A stretch of DNA of 64,000 nucleotides from Candidatus Bathyarchaeota archaeon (GCA_963726255.1 CAVSBL010000002.1:416001-480000), one strand, 5' to 3'; positions 39,414 to 48,932 are shown, numbered from the stretch's first letter. Translations and numbers: made by a program. Notes: generated from the letters alone by a model not told the origin.

Positions 39414-40967
39414 TTGAACAATCGAGTCTCTCGGGTGCGAGTTGAGGAAAGGCTCTATATCAACCGGCTCGGCTATCTTAGCCGAATACGACATCAGGTA
39501 ACCGTGAACCCTTTGCAACCAGCCGACTTCGCCCGGTCGAAGAGCTTCATCCCACCCGCATTCTCCTCAACGAAGCCGACGCTTGATAAGAACAGGGTTG
39601 CAGTCCTGCCGTTACAAAACATGAGCCCCGACCCCGCAGATGAATACTTCGCGGATGGCATGACTGAGGAGCTGATTGACAGACTTTCCCAAGTGAAGAG
39701 TCTACAGGTCATAGCTCGAACGTCGGTGATGAATTACAAGAAGAAAGAGAAGAATGTCTCCGAAATTGCAAAGGAGCTTAGCGTGGGTTCAGTGGTTGAA
39801 GGTAGCGTGAGGAAAGCGGGCAACCGGGTCAGAGTCACAGTTCAGCTAATCAGCGCAGAGACCGAGGCGCACCTGTGGTCCTCCCACTACGACAAGAATC
39901 TGGACGACATCTTCGCTGTCCAGAGCGAAATAGCGGAGAAGGTGGTTGGCGAGCTGAAGACCCAACTACTCGACTCTGAGAAAAGGACCCTAGAAAAGAA
40001 GCCGACCGAGAACACGGAGGCGTACACCTGCTTCCTGCGGGGTAGGGAGCTGTACAATGAGGAGACTGAGACCTCGTTTAGGCAGGCCCTCAGCCTCTTC
40101 GAGAAGGCCATCGTGCTGGATCCCAAGTTCGCGAAGGCCTACGTGGGAGTCGCAGACTGCCACCAATCGCTTGTTGGAAGCGGATGCGAGCCCGATGACA
40201 TCGGACTCCCAATTGTGAACACCTCGCTGGAGCGCGCCATTGAACTCGACCCGAACCTTCCGGAGGCCCACGCATCACTCTGCGGGATGTTCTTCAACGC
40301 GGACGACTCCGTGCGGTCGGAGGCAGAGGCGAGGAGGACTTTGGAGCTCAACCCCAGCCTCCCAGACCCCCACAATATCCTAAGCGAGCTAGCTGCGCTC
40401 AAAGGGGACCAAGGAGAGATGGTCAAACAAATGGAGGCAGCGTACCGACTCGACCCCATCAGGCCCCACCTCATCTGGCTTCTCGGGATGGTGTACCTCT
40501 ATACTGGGAAGGAGGAGGAGGCGCTTGAGCTCTGGAAGAAGACAGAGCAGTTGGCGCCGGCGCCCAGGTACAGAGGCATGGTTGAGTACTACCTGGCCAA
40601 GAGGGAGCTCGACAAGGCTAAGGAGTTCCACGCGAAAGCCGAGAAGCTTGAACCCACCCGTCCCTGGCTCTTCTGGACGAGTGGAGTCATCGCGGCCATA
40701 GAAGGCGACAGGGAGAAGGCGCTGCTCGCGTTCAAGAAGATTGAGGACGCCAAGATGGGCCCGATGGGCTTCAACTTCATCGGGTACGTCCATTATGCCC
40801 TCGGAGACCTGAACTCATTCTTCGCGTACATGGATAAGGCCCTCGAAGCCCATGCACTAGTTACCCTAATACTGATGTACTCGCCGCTCTTCGCTCAGGC
40901 AAGAGCCGACCCACGATATCCGGAACTGGTCGAGAGAATCCGGAAGCAGTGTGGCCTAACGAAATAG
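39414..40967 (+). CDS. TolB-N/TPR protein of the adenylate-cyclase-associated type, N-terminal domain missing
   Basis: RVAVLPLQNMSPDPADEYFADGMTEELI, EGSVRKAGNRVRVTVQLI, TPRs, RADPRY; start uncertain. Confidence 0.85.
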   Translation: MNNRVSRVRVEERLYINRLGYLSRIRHQVTVNPLQPADFARSKSFIPPAFSSTKPTLDKNRVAVLPLQNMSPDPADEYFADGMTEELIDRLSQVKSLQVIARTSVMNYKKKEKNVSEIAKELSVGSVVEGSVRKAGNRVRVTVQLISAETEAHLWSSHYDKNLDDIFAVQSEIAEKVVGELKTQLLDSEKRTLEKKPTENTEAYTCFLRGRELYNEETETSFRQALSLFEKAIVLDPKFAKAYVGVADCHQSLVGSGCEPDDIGLPIVNTSLERAIELDPNLPEAHASLCGMFFNADDSVRSEAEARRTLELNPSLPDPHNILSELAALKGDQGEMVKQMEAAYRLDPIRPHLIWLLGMVYLYTGKEEEALELWKKTEQLAPAPRYRGMVEYYLAKRELDKAKEFHAKAEKLEPTRPWLFWTSGVIAAIEGDREKALLAFKKIEDAKMGPMGFNFIGYVHYALGDLNSFFAYMDKALEAHALVTLILMYSPLFAQARADPRYPELVERIRKQCGLTK

Positions 40968-41091
40968 AAGTCGCGTTTAGTCTAGTGACTGTAGAACCTT
41001 CAACCAACCGTTCTACCGCTTGGCCTTCTGCATTATGATTTGATTGTCCGTTAGCGATATCAGCACGGTATCACCGGCTTTTAGAGTAAGA

Positions 41092-41125
41092 GGGTCTAAT
41101 GGTGCGGGCTACCAAAATTGAACCG
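41092..41125 (+). repeat. Family A core fused to a degenerate tRNA 3'-end complement
   Basis: GGGTCTAA-TGGTGCGGGCTACCAAAATTGAACCG. Confidence 0.7.
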
Positions 41126-41154
41126 AAAGTTCCGGTAGTTTTCAGTGGAAGAAG

Positions 41155-41173
41155 TTGTGCGGCCGCCGGGACT
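41155..41173 (-). repeat. tRNA 3'-end fragment (Gly-like), att-like scar
   Basis: Minus strand AGTCCCGGCGGCCGCACAA resembles the archaeal tRNA end TCCCGGCGGCCGCACCA. Confidence 0.55.
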
Positions 41174-41210
41174 CCCTAGTCGACTTTGTGAGACTCGATA
41201 GGTGCCGTTG

Positions 41211-42125
41211 TTAGAAGCCGAAGTATTCGTCTGGAATGAATTTTGCATCCGGGTCGATGCATCTTTTGATCAGGTCCATCGGCAGGAAGCAATTCTCTTC
41301 TTCAAAGAACTCAGCTTCGAACTCCCTTCGAAACCGGTCTCGGGGAATCCTACGCCGCATCTCCTCAACGAAATCAGTTGTGGTTAGGCCAGCTTTGATT
41401 ACGTCGTCGATGCTGATCTTGTGGACCTTGAAGGCTGGGTCTTGTGTGAACTGGTAGAAGACCGAGTTCTTTACCCAGGGTGTGGATGAGGCGATTAATG
41501 TGCCCTGGGTGGTTTGGAGCATGGGAAAGAGCACGCTGTAGAACATCGTCTCGTCATCACGAAAGAAGGCGCACTCGTCGCAGATGCATTGATTTGCGCT
41601 GTAACCCCGCAGCAAGTTCGTGGAGCAGGGCAGAGCGATGATTTGCGAGCCATTCTTGAACCATATGACAGTTCGCTGTATCTTCCCGATGTACTCTCTG
41701 CGAATTGGTCGGGGCATAGCCATCAGGAAGGAGTGGACCCGGTCCATCATGATCATGCTTTGCCGAAACCCAGGGGCGACGATGAGCGTCACGGTCTTGG
41801 AGTTTCTGCATGCGAACCAGATGGCCCTAGCTGCGATCGTCATGGACTTTCCCGATTGCCGTGGGTAAATGACAACGATTCGCTTCCCTGTCTCCCGGAG
41901 AAGCTTGGCTTGGTATTCGGCCGGATTGAATTTCAACGCCTTCTGAGCGAAAAGAACAGGGTCCTCAAGGTCCTGTTCCGAAAGCTGCTCAAATGGTGAT
42001 GAGCCTTCTCCAGGATCCTTCCCTGCGACGATCCTCTCGAAGGCTATTCTACGCCTTTCCTGTAGCCGTTTTTGCTTGTTCTTCGAGCTGTCTGGTAGCT
42101 TCCTCAAATGCCCTCTGCTCCTCAC
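41211..42125 (-). CDS. Phage terminase large subunit, ATPase domain only
   Basis: FNPAEYQ (Q motif), YPRQSGKS (Walker A), LRG, ICDECAF (Walker B), ASSTP, FRREFEAEF; no nuclease domain. Confidence 0.88.
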   Translation of the reverse strand: MRSRGHLRKLPDSSKNKQKRLQERRRIAFERIVAGKDPGEGSSPFEQLSEQDLEDPVLFAQKALKFNPAEYQAKLLRETGKRIVVIYPRQSGKSMTIAARAIWFACRNSKTVTLIVAPGFRQSMIMMDRVHSFLMAMPRPIRREYIGKIQRTVIWFKNGSQIIALPCSTNLLRGYSANQCICDECAFFRDDETMFYSVLFPMLQTTQGTLIASSTPWVKNSVFYQFTQDPAFKVHKISIDDVIKAGLTTTDFVEEMRRRIPRDRFRREFEAEFFEEENCFLPMDLIKRCIDPDAKFIPDEYFGF

Positions 42126-42681
42126 GAAGCTTCGTGATCTCCGCTAGAATCTCTTCTTCTGCGGCGCCGCGAAGAATCATCTCGTTTGTTGCAGCCGTAT
42201 GCGCTAAGAGTCCATACATGGCAGCACGCATCTGGTTCTGCGCGGCGAGTTGCTCGCATTGTGAAAGTTCGTAAATCTGATCGAAGGCGGTTTCCATCTT
42301 CTGGTATAATTTGTTCCTGCGCTCTTGCCGTGCTTGGGCTGCATGAACATTCACCGATCCTTTCTGTTCTTTGAGTGGTTGCTTGTAGGCTTCGGCGAGG
42401 GCTTGGTGGATGAGGCTGTTGGCGTAGCGGAGGCGTTCCAGGATATTTGAGTTGACTGTTAGCTTCGACAAGTGTCGCCAAAGAGCCTCCTCAACGATGC
42501 GGCTTCGGGTCATGTGTTTGTAGTCTGCGGCTTCCTGTAGGGCGAGGTATTGTGTTGCGGATAGTTGGAGTTGCATACGGAAGCTGCGCGGGAAGCCTGT
42601 GATGCGTTTGCGGTGCACCCGCCCCCGGTGGGTTGAAATGTAGCCTATTCGCGGGCGAGATGATGTGGTTTCGGCCTGCAT
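42049..42681 (-). CDS. Helical protein with RHH-like N-terminus, candidate small terminase
   Basis: MQLQLSATQYLALQEAADYKHMTRSRIVEEAL, then coiled coil; directly upstream of and overlapping terL. Confidence 0.55.
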   Translation of the reverse strand: MQAETTSSRPRIGYISTHRGRVHRKRITGFPRSFRMQLQLSATQYLALQEAADYKHMTRSRIVEEALWRHLSKLTVNSNILERLRYANSLIHQALAEAYKQPLKEQKGSVNVHAAQARQERRNKLYQKMETAFDQIYELSQCEQLAAQNQMRAAMYGLLAHTAATNEMILRGAAEEEILAEITKLREEQRAFEEATRQLEEQAKTATGKA

Positions 42682-42796
42682 AATGGCGCCATTCCAGCTT
42701 TGCCTTGGTCAATTGTCTACTCGCACGCTTGCTGGTTGGGGGAGCAAATAGGTTTATTGGTGAACCTATTGTACCTATCACGGACGGTGGGTACAG

Positions 42797-43543
42797 TTGA
42801 GGTCGAGAGGGCATGAGGTTAGGGCGGAAGACCCAGACCGCCGATTCATGGTCCTATACGCGATTCAGCGAGGAGCGAAGCGTTTCAACCAGATCTGGTT
42901 CGATAGCGAAGTCAGGGACGTGATCCATAGTAGGCTTACGCTCTCGCGGTACTTGAAAGCGCTAGAGAAGGAGGGCGTAATCAAGCGCAGCCCTGTATCG
43001 CACAAACATGTTGAATACGAGATTGCCGCAGGCGAACAGAGCAGTTGGGTGCTCGCCGCACAAGAGTCAGGTTTTGTCCCCTTCGACATTGAAGTGTTCC
43101 AGTTGATACTCAAGAGCATACGGGACAAAGCAAGCGGCTTGGACATAGCGTTGAACTACGCTTTCAGACGATTCTTTGAAGAAGAAATCAACGACGCCAC
43201 CGCCAAGATCATGGGCGGCATGCCCCAATACCGAAAACCCCTAGCCGAAGCCATGAAACTCACACATACCCCACACGAGAAAATTAATGAGGATTGGAGC
43301 GATGACATGATCACGTGGAGGTCAAGACGATACTACATGTTCCTGAAAAATCTACGGAGTTTGCTGCTCGAGGAACCTGAACATGTGGAGATATACCTTA
43401 AGGAAAGACCGTGGCTACGCCGGCCGAAAGAAAACAGGAATGGTGCCATTCTACATATAGAACGAATCTTGGCAGAGAAATACCCTCACACGCCGGGCGG
43501 GCTCGAACTCAAACACGCACTGAGGCAGGGAGAAAAATCGTAG
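42797..43543 (+). CDS. Winged-helix domain protein
   Basis: KRFNQIW...SRLTLSRYLKALEKEGVIKR...VEYEI. Confidence 0.7.
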   Translation: MRSRGHEVRAEDPDRRFMVLYAIQRGAKRFNQIWFDSEVRDVIHSRLTLSRYLKALEKEGVIKRSPVSHKHVEYEIAAGEQSSWVLAAQESGFVPFDIEVFQLILKSIRDKASGLDIALNYAFRRFFEEEINDATAKIMGGMPQYRKPLAEAMKLTHTPHEKINEDWSDDMITWRSRRYYMFLKNLRSLLLEEPEHVEIYLKERPWLRRPKENRNGAILHIERILAEKYPHTPGGLELKHALRQGEKS

Positions 43544-43566
43544 TTCGGGAGTGCTCGAGTTGCAGT

Positions 43567-43604
43567 CCCACGAATCGTGGGTTCGAATCCCACCGGCCCC
43601 ACTA
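43567..43604 (+). repeat. Family B tRNA 3'-end snippet 1
   Basis: CCCACGAATCGTGGGTTCGAATCCCACCGGCCCCACTA. Confidence 0.8.
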
Positions 43605-43790
43605 CTTTCGATCAGATATTCTCATATCTATGAGAGACAACAAGGAACATCGGAGTTCCCAACACACGTCGGTTTTATAGTTCGTTCTGCAGCTTGAACC
43701 CCTTATATATGCACGGTTGAAAATTACATAGGGAATAATGATAAGCCAATTAACTATACTCCTTACCATATTTACCTAATTGTTTACGCT

Positions 43791-45824
43791 TTGCGAGCCG
43801 TTCTCCTAACTCTTCTCGTTCTAGTTGTGGCTTCAGTTTCAGTTCAATCGCTAGCTATACCGAAGGGAGGTGCCTTCTCGCCTAGCCAATACGCAGGCAC
43901 GCAAGTGACCTACACGATTACCCTCAAGGGCGCCGACAAGACCACCCTTTCGATTGACGGCGGAACCGGGATCGAGTTCTCCAAGACAAAGACGGTAACG
44001 TTGGACGGATCAAAGTCGCACACCTTTCAAGTCCTTCAGGTAATTTGCCAGAGTGGATGGGAATGTGGAAACCAGGTCAGCGACTGGAAAAAAGGCATGA
44101 GGCTTTCCGCCAACCAATTGACTTGGACGGTCCCAGCAGGCACAACAGAAACAAGAACCTACACAGAAACATACTACGATTATGAATGGGTGTGCACGTC
44201 TTACGACGTCCATGGGTGCACCTCTGGATATTATGTAACGGTACCATACACGCAAGTGTACACTCAGAAGATTTTCACGCCTCCTTGCAAGCCATGCCAA
44301 TACACATTCGAGTATACGCCCCAGTATCGCTTAGTTTGGGAAGACGAGCATAGCTCGGCAGGGCTTTACCAATGGTTTGACTCCTGCGCATCGGTTACAC
44401 TGCTACCGCCCAGCCAGTACAGTTCTTTAGGTCACCCGGACACGGTTGCAGGCGCTGCTGGCGTGAGGTATGCCTTCGGAGGTTGGGCGATAGATGACTC
44501 ACGGTCGGTAGCGAATCAGGTTCAGATGTGCGCCCCTCACAAAGCCACCGCCACCTATCTCACACAATATCAACTGCTGGTTAGCGCTGCATGCAACGAG
44601 CTTAATCCACAAGGAGAGGGCTGGTTCAATGAAGGTGAAACTGCAACCATCTCAGTCGACCCCCAGGTGCCAATACCCGGCTGGCAGGGAACTCTGGGTG
44701 GAACATACGTTTTCGACGGATGGGAGGAAAGGCCTGCTGGGAACATTGCATTTCAGACGCCTACAGCGAACGTGATCATGAACCGGCCCCAAGCCTACTT
44801 CGCGAGATGTAGAGTGGACTACGCCGGGCCCGCTATCGGCGGCGGCATAATCGCCATCATAATAATTTTGGGCGGCATAATCGTCATATGTCGTATCACC
44901 CGCGGCCGCTGGATCATATGTCGCATCTTAGGCCGGAGGTTCGGCCCTATCTTCGGCGGCAGGGGAGGCCAGCCCCTAGGCGGCGGCGTTGGTGGTGGCG
45001 GCTTACTCCCACCGAACGTGACCGGAAACGCCACGTTGACCGGGCCGAACGGAACCCAAACACCATTGACTGCTGGTAACCTGAATCAAGTTGGTCCCGG
45101 AACAACCGTGGACACGGGGCCTCAGTCTTTCGTCCGCGTGGCAACCCCAGCAGCATCCAATTCACAGTCTGTAATTGGACAGCAATCAAGAGTCAGTTGG
45201 CTTGACCCCAATCCCAAGACGCCCATTCCTTGGTTGAAATTCCCCGGACTCTCCCAAATTTACAACGCTGGCAGTTTGCTGCTGCGAGTTGACTTCGGAA
45301 AAATGCTCCTCAGCTGGGCGGAACGAGCCGCAACGCAAGAGGCAGTGATAATCCTCCCTGCCAGCCTAATCGGAGCGGCGACCTCGGCCGCGATGAGTAG
45401 GTGGCTTGCTCGCGTCAGAGGAACCATGGTGCTCATTGAAGCTGTTCAAGACGGCACGGCTGCGGCCATAACGGTTCTCGAAGGAGACGAGAGCAAAGCG
45501 AGCAGCGCGGAACTCTGGCGAAGCGACGACCTGAACAAGGTTATTCAAGTCCGCGCCGGCGAACGCGTGGTTCTGCAAACAGGCCGACACCCAACAAAGA
45601 CTACCGTTGATTTAGCGAAAGGTTTGACACGGCAGTTACAAGACCCATTTGGAACTCTCCACAAATGGTGGAAACTGCCGTCGATGTCAGACGAAACCAA
45701 CGCCGCCCTTACCGTCCTCGGCCCCGAGGGGCCCGTCGCCAACGACTGCCCCAACTGCGGCGAACCAATTAGACCGGGAAAGAAGTTCTGCATGAAATGC
45801 GGAACACGAAAAAACCAGACTTAA
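43791..45824 (+). CDS. Large membrane protein: signal peptide, Cys-rich/Ig-like region, TM, FecR-like region, C-terminal zinc ribbon
   Basis: Signal peptide; GEGWFNEGETATISV repeat-type segment; Ile-rich TM; GTTVDTG..S and VRGT..V...ITVLEG; CPNCG..KFCMKCG. Confidence 0.75.
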   Translation: MRAVLLTLLVLVVASVSVQSLAIPKGGAFSPSQYAGTQVTYTITLKGADKTTLSIDGGTGIEFSKTKTVTLDGSKSHTFQVLQVICQSGWECGNQVSDWKKGMRLSANQLTWTVPAGTTETRTYTETYYDYEWVCTSYDVHGCTSGYYVTVPYTQVYTQKIFTPPCKPCQYTFEYTPQYRLVWEDEHSSAGLYQWFDSCASVTLLPPSQYSSLGHPDTVAGAAGVRYAFGGWAIDDSRSVANQVQMCAPHKATATYLTQYQLLVSAACNELNPQGEGWFNEGETATISVDPQVPIPGWQGTLGGTYVFDGWEERPAGNIAFQTPTANVIMNRPQAYFARCRVDYAGPAIGGGIIAIIIILGGIIVICRITRGRWIICRILGRRFGPIFGGRGGQPLGGGVGGGGLLPPNVTGNATLTGPNGTQTPLTAGNLNQVGPGTTVDTGPQSFVRVATPAASNSQSVIGQQSRVSWLDPNPKTPIPWLKFPGLSQIYNAGSLLLRVDFGKMLLSWAERAATQEAVIILPASLIGAATSAAMSRWLARVRGTMVLIEAVQDGTAAAITVLEGDESKASSAELWRSDDLNKVIQVRAGERVVLQTGRHPTKTTVDLAKGLTRQLQDPFGTLHKWWKLPSMSDETNAALTVLGPEGPVANDCPNCGEPIRPGKKFCMKCGTRKNQT

Positions 45825-45853
45825 TCAGATGAACGAAGAATGCTGACGGTTCT

Positions 45854-46720
45854 ATGAACCAGCGACTTGCAGTCGGTATCTTGCTAGTTGTTTCTGCATT
45901 GATATTGTTGACGTATTCATCAGTACCTACGCAACCTACGCAAGTGTCAGTAACAACAACACTGCCGACCTCCACAACAGTTGTTACTACTTATTCAAAG
46001 TACGTAACGAGTACGAGTTGTATTTCTAATTGCTCCCCCTTGGACTATGCGTACCTCTCGCCGCTGACCCCACACTTTTCGGGAAGCAAGATCTTGAACC
46101 CTCCTAGCGCACAATATGGTTGCACTTATGACGACGCCAATTTCGAGGCTCAATCAGGTCAGGTGTATGCAATTGCAATAAGTTCCGATCACGAAGTCTC
46201 TTTTTACATCTTACCGTCAGACGCGTTCGAGGCATGGATGGCCGGTACGACTTGCCAAGTCTCCGCCATTGGTTTAGGCTCGGGAGACGTGACCAGTGCA
46301 TCCTCGCTCAATTTTGTAATCCCAGAGAGCGGAACCTATTACATTCTGTTCATGAACAATTCGCACGATAACGCTGCCAACTTAAGCTATCTGGGGCAAA
46401 TGATTGGTTCAGCTACGGTAACAACGGCTGTCGTTACCACTTCTTCTGTTTGGAGAGAATACCTTACTTCAACTGAGACATCTAACTTGAGCCCATCTGC
46501 GACCACCTCGTTATTCTCTTCGTCTAGGAGCCTGGTTTTTGCTGCAATCGCGTTCCTTCTCATAGCGCTCGCCGGAGCACTTTTCATCCGGCAAAGATTG
46601 TGGGTAAAAGGAAAGACCCGCAGAATCAAGAAAGCCGGAACAAAGTCTTGCCCAATATGCAACAGTCTTCTGCCGGAGTCCGCTCAGTTCTGCGATGAGT
46701 GTGGCTCCCACCAGACATAA
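45854..46720 (+). CDS. Membrane-anchored protein with Ser/Thr linkers and C-terminal zinc ribbon
   Basis: N-terminal TM, FVIPESGTYYILFMN beta domain, TM, CPICN...FCDECG. Confidence 0.75.
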   Translation: MNQRLAVGILLVVSALILLTYSSVPTQPTQVSVTTTLPTSTTVVTTYSKYVTSTSCISNCSPLDYAYLSPLTPHFSGSKILNPPSAQYGCTYDDANFEAQSGQVYAIAISSDHEVSFYILPSDAFEAWMAGTTCQVSAIGLGSGDVTSASSLNFVIPESGTYYILFMNNSHDNAANLSYLGQMIGSATVTTAVVTTSSVWREYLTSTETSNLSPSATTSLFSSSRSLVFAAIAFLLIALAGALFIRQRLWVKGKTRRIKKAGTKSCPICNSLLPESAQFCDECGSHQT

Positions 46721-46905
46721 TGGGAATGACCGTCCTTGAGAAAAACGCCAAAACCAGAATCGAAACCTAACCTTACTTTCCCTCCTCTTCGTTTCGTAAT
46801 GGTGCCGCTCGTATTTTCGCTTCTCTCACCCCTAGTTTTGAACACGTTCCTAAACATCCTCTTGAAGGCTCAGACTCGGTTCGAACACATCTTGGAAGCG
46901 ACGGC

Positions 46906-47301
46906 TTGAGCAACCCATCGTTTTGTCCAGTCTGCCGCGCTAGGCTTCCGAGCGATGCTACGCTGTGCGAAGAATGCGGAACTTCTATCAGCAAGAAGGC
47001 GGTGCAGACGTCAGAGCGAACGATAGTCGGCCCCGTTGTCCGACATAAGAATCCCTTGCTGGCAGCGATACTAAGTTTCTTCATTCCAGGGCTTGGCCAA
47101 TGGTATTTGCGCAGATGGAAGAGTGGAGCAGCCTGGTTTTTCGGATCAATACTATTGGTTGTCATACTGGACGGGCTTCTAGGGGCGTTGTCCTACTTTT
47201 TGTCACTGGACGTGACGGGCCCTGCAGTTTGGGCGATAGTTGTAGGAGGTTTAGTGATTCGGATTGCTAGCGCATGGCACGCTAGAAAGTTGGCCGATTG
47301 A
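46906..47301 (+). CDS. Zinc ribbon plus TM2-like membrane protein
   Basis: CPVC...CEECG, then KNPLLAAILSFFIPGLGQWY. Confidence 0.78.
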   Translation: MSNPSFCPVCRARLPSDATLCEECGTSISKKAVQTSERTIVGPVVRHKNPLLAAILSFFIPGLGQWYLRRWKSGAAWFFGSILLVVILDGLLGALSYFLSLDVTGPAVWAIVVGGLVIRIASAWHARKLAD

Positions 47302-47423
47302 AGCTGCGAGCAAAGCAACAAAATTGTTCGACTTGTTCCGAATCTTCAACCGACAACGGGCGATTGGTGGGAAAAAGCACAGGGTTGTAGTTAAGGTGAG
47401 AGTGAAGGTTCCGGAGGGCCACA

Positions 47424-47915
47424 GTGACCATGGTTCCTGAGGGTTCGGGTCGTCGGATGAACACGGAAGCATATCGAGCTGAAGCTAACAAGCTCAAGAA
47501 ACTTTACCCCGATGAATTCCTTGCGTTCATTGACGGACAGCTTGTGGGTCACAGTAAAGAAAGCGCCGAACTGTTTTCTGAAATGAGGAGAAGAGAGATT
47601 GGCGGGAACACACTCTCGATTTTCTACACCGGCTCCAACGATACACCAACTACAGGGTCTGTAGGAGAGCTATGCCCAAATTGTAACGCTCCACTCGCGC
47701 CCCCTCCCGCAATATTTTGCCAAGATTGCGGTTATCTTTCACGTTGCGAAAAATGTATGAACCTCATGCCAATTGACGCCGAATTTTGTGGGAAATGCGG
47801 CCCTACTCCACCAGATACGACGAGAACCGACGAGGAGAAGGCTAAGGTCAGGACGACACGTTACTACGCGACATTAGGTCAAGGAAGACCTAATCCGGAC
47901 GAGATGAAACATTAG
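47424..47915 (+). CDS. DUF5678-like domain fused to double zinc ribbon
   Basis: LKKLYPDEFLAFIDGQLVGHSKE, then four CxxC motifs. Confidence 0.65.
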   Translation: MTMVPEGSGRRMNTEAYRAEANKLKKLYPDEFLAFIDGQLVGHSKESAELFSEMRRREIGGNTLSIFYTGSNDTPTTGSVGELCPNCNAPLAPPPAIFCQDCGYLSRCEKCMNLMPIDAEFCGKCGPTPPDTTRTDEEKAKVRTTRYYATLGQGRPNPDEMKH

Positions 47916-48011
47916 GGTTGAAAAAGATCTCTTGGCAGTGTCTAATCGTAAACAAAAATGATGAGACCGATTATCCAAAGCGGGCAATTGGCGGAGGTTA
48001 GTAGGGTCTAA

Positions 48012-48845
48012 ATGAAATGTCCAACGTGCAAGTCGCCTGAGGTTATTCGGATCGTCTACGGCCTTCCAGTAGATCGCGAAGAGGCAATGAAAGCAGACAG
48101 AGAAGGCAAAATCAAGTTAGGGGGCTGTATTGTCGGAGAAGAAAGCCCGAATTTCACTTGCAAGAGTTGTGGAAAGGAATGGCTCACGTTATACCTGGAA
48201 ACAAAACTGGCCTCGCAAGAGGTACTTGCGACAAGTGTGGATTCTCTTAAGCAGCTCGGATACGTGACCAGTATTCACGGGAATGAGATTCAAGCCATTA
48301 AGACTAGACGAATCTTGGACCCTCACGGTGGAGCTATCATAGTCACCATCGAGCATGATGGGGTATCAATAAACTACGAAGGAAGGAAGGCGTTTACGGA
48401 CGCGAAAGACCTCCTCGAAACTCTAAAAGAATCTCATCGAAAGCAAATAAGACGAGAAGCCTTACGCGACCTTTTGGGGCAAGAACGAAGGAATCTCGAA
48501 ATAGCCACGTATGATAGGGAGCTCCTAGAAAGGAACCTCATAGCGCTAAGATTTGGTCAATGGCTTCAGACCTCGCTCAGACCATTTCAGAATTCAGCGC
48601 CGGTTCCTCGTCTTTACGACGCCGTCGTTGATAATCACGAAACTAATCTTGGTGTAATGAACCGCGATTTCAAAGCCAGGGAGGACCTCAGGAACGACAA
48701 GTCGCTCGCGAAGCTTGGCGATTTTCGAAGCATACTGCACAATACCGACGAGAAGCTTCTAGAGAGGCTCAAACTCTTGACCTATGAGATTAATTCTGTA
48801 ATTCAGACATGCGATCAGACCATCCGTTCTGATACTGTACCGTGA
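48012..48845 (+). CDS. Protein with N-terminal zinc finger
   Basis: MKCPTCKS..IVYGLP...LGGC...CKSCGKEW. Confidence 0.7.
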   Translation: MKCPTCKSPEVIRIVYGLPVDREEAMKADREGKIKLGGCIVGEESPNFTCKSCGKEWLTLYLETKLASQEVLATSVDSLKQLGYVTSIHGNEIQAIKTRRILDPHGGAIIVTIEHDGVSINYEGRKAFTDAKDLLETLKESHRKQIRREALRDLLGQERRNLEIATYDRELLERNLIALRFGQWLQTSLRPFQNSAPVPRLYDAVVDNHETNLGVMNRDFKAREDLRNDKSLAKLGDFRSILHNTDEKLLERLKLLTYEINSVIQTCDQTIRSDTVP

Positions 48846-48932
48846 TTGACGGCTTTGACTCCGACAAACTTGGCACCGAACAACTCGCTCAAGCGAGCGT
48901 TCGCGCGATAGCTTCGATACTGGGACTAGCCA

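Noticed and set aside
22870-41125. Family A repeats as a CRISPR array
   Set aside because: Spacing is 0.1-3 kb, orientations are mixed, copies are degenerate, and there are no cas genes.
22870-41125. Family A repeats as integron attC sites
   Set aside because: No RYYYAAC/GTTRRRY boxes, too short, genes face both ways, and no IntI in the window.
43545-43604. Intact tRNA gene
   Set aside because: Only the T-arm and 3' acceptor strand are present; no matching 5' strand or D-arm. The same applies at 51518 and 55405.
41211-48845. Complete provirus
   Set aside because: No portal, capsid, tail, replication or intact integrase genes recognised.
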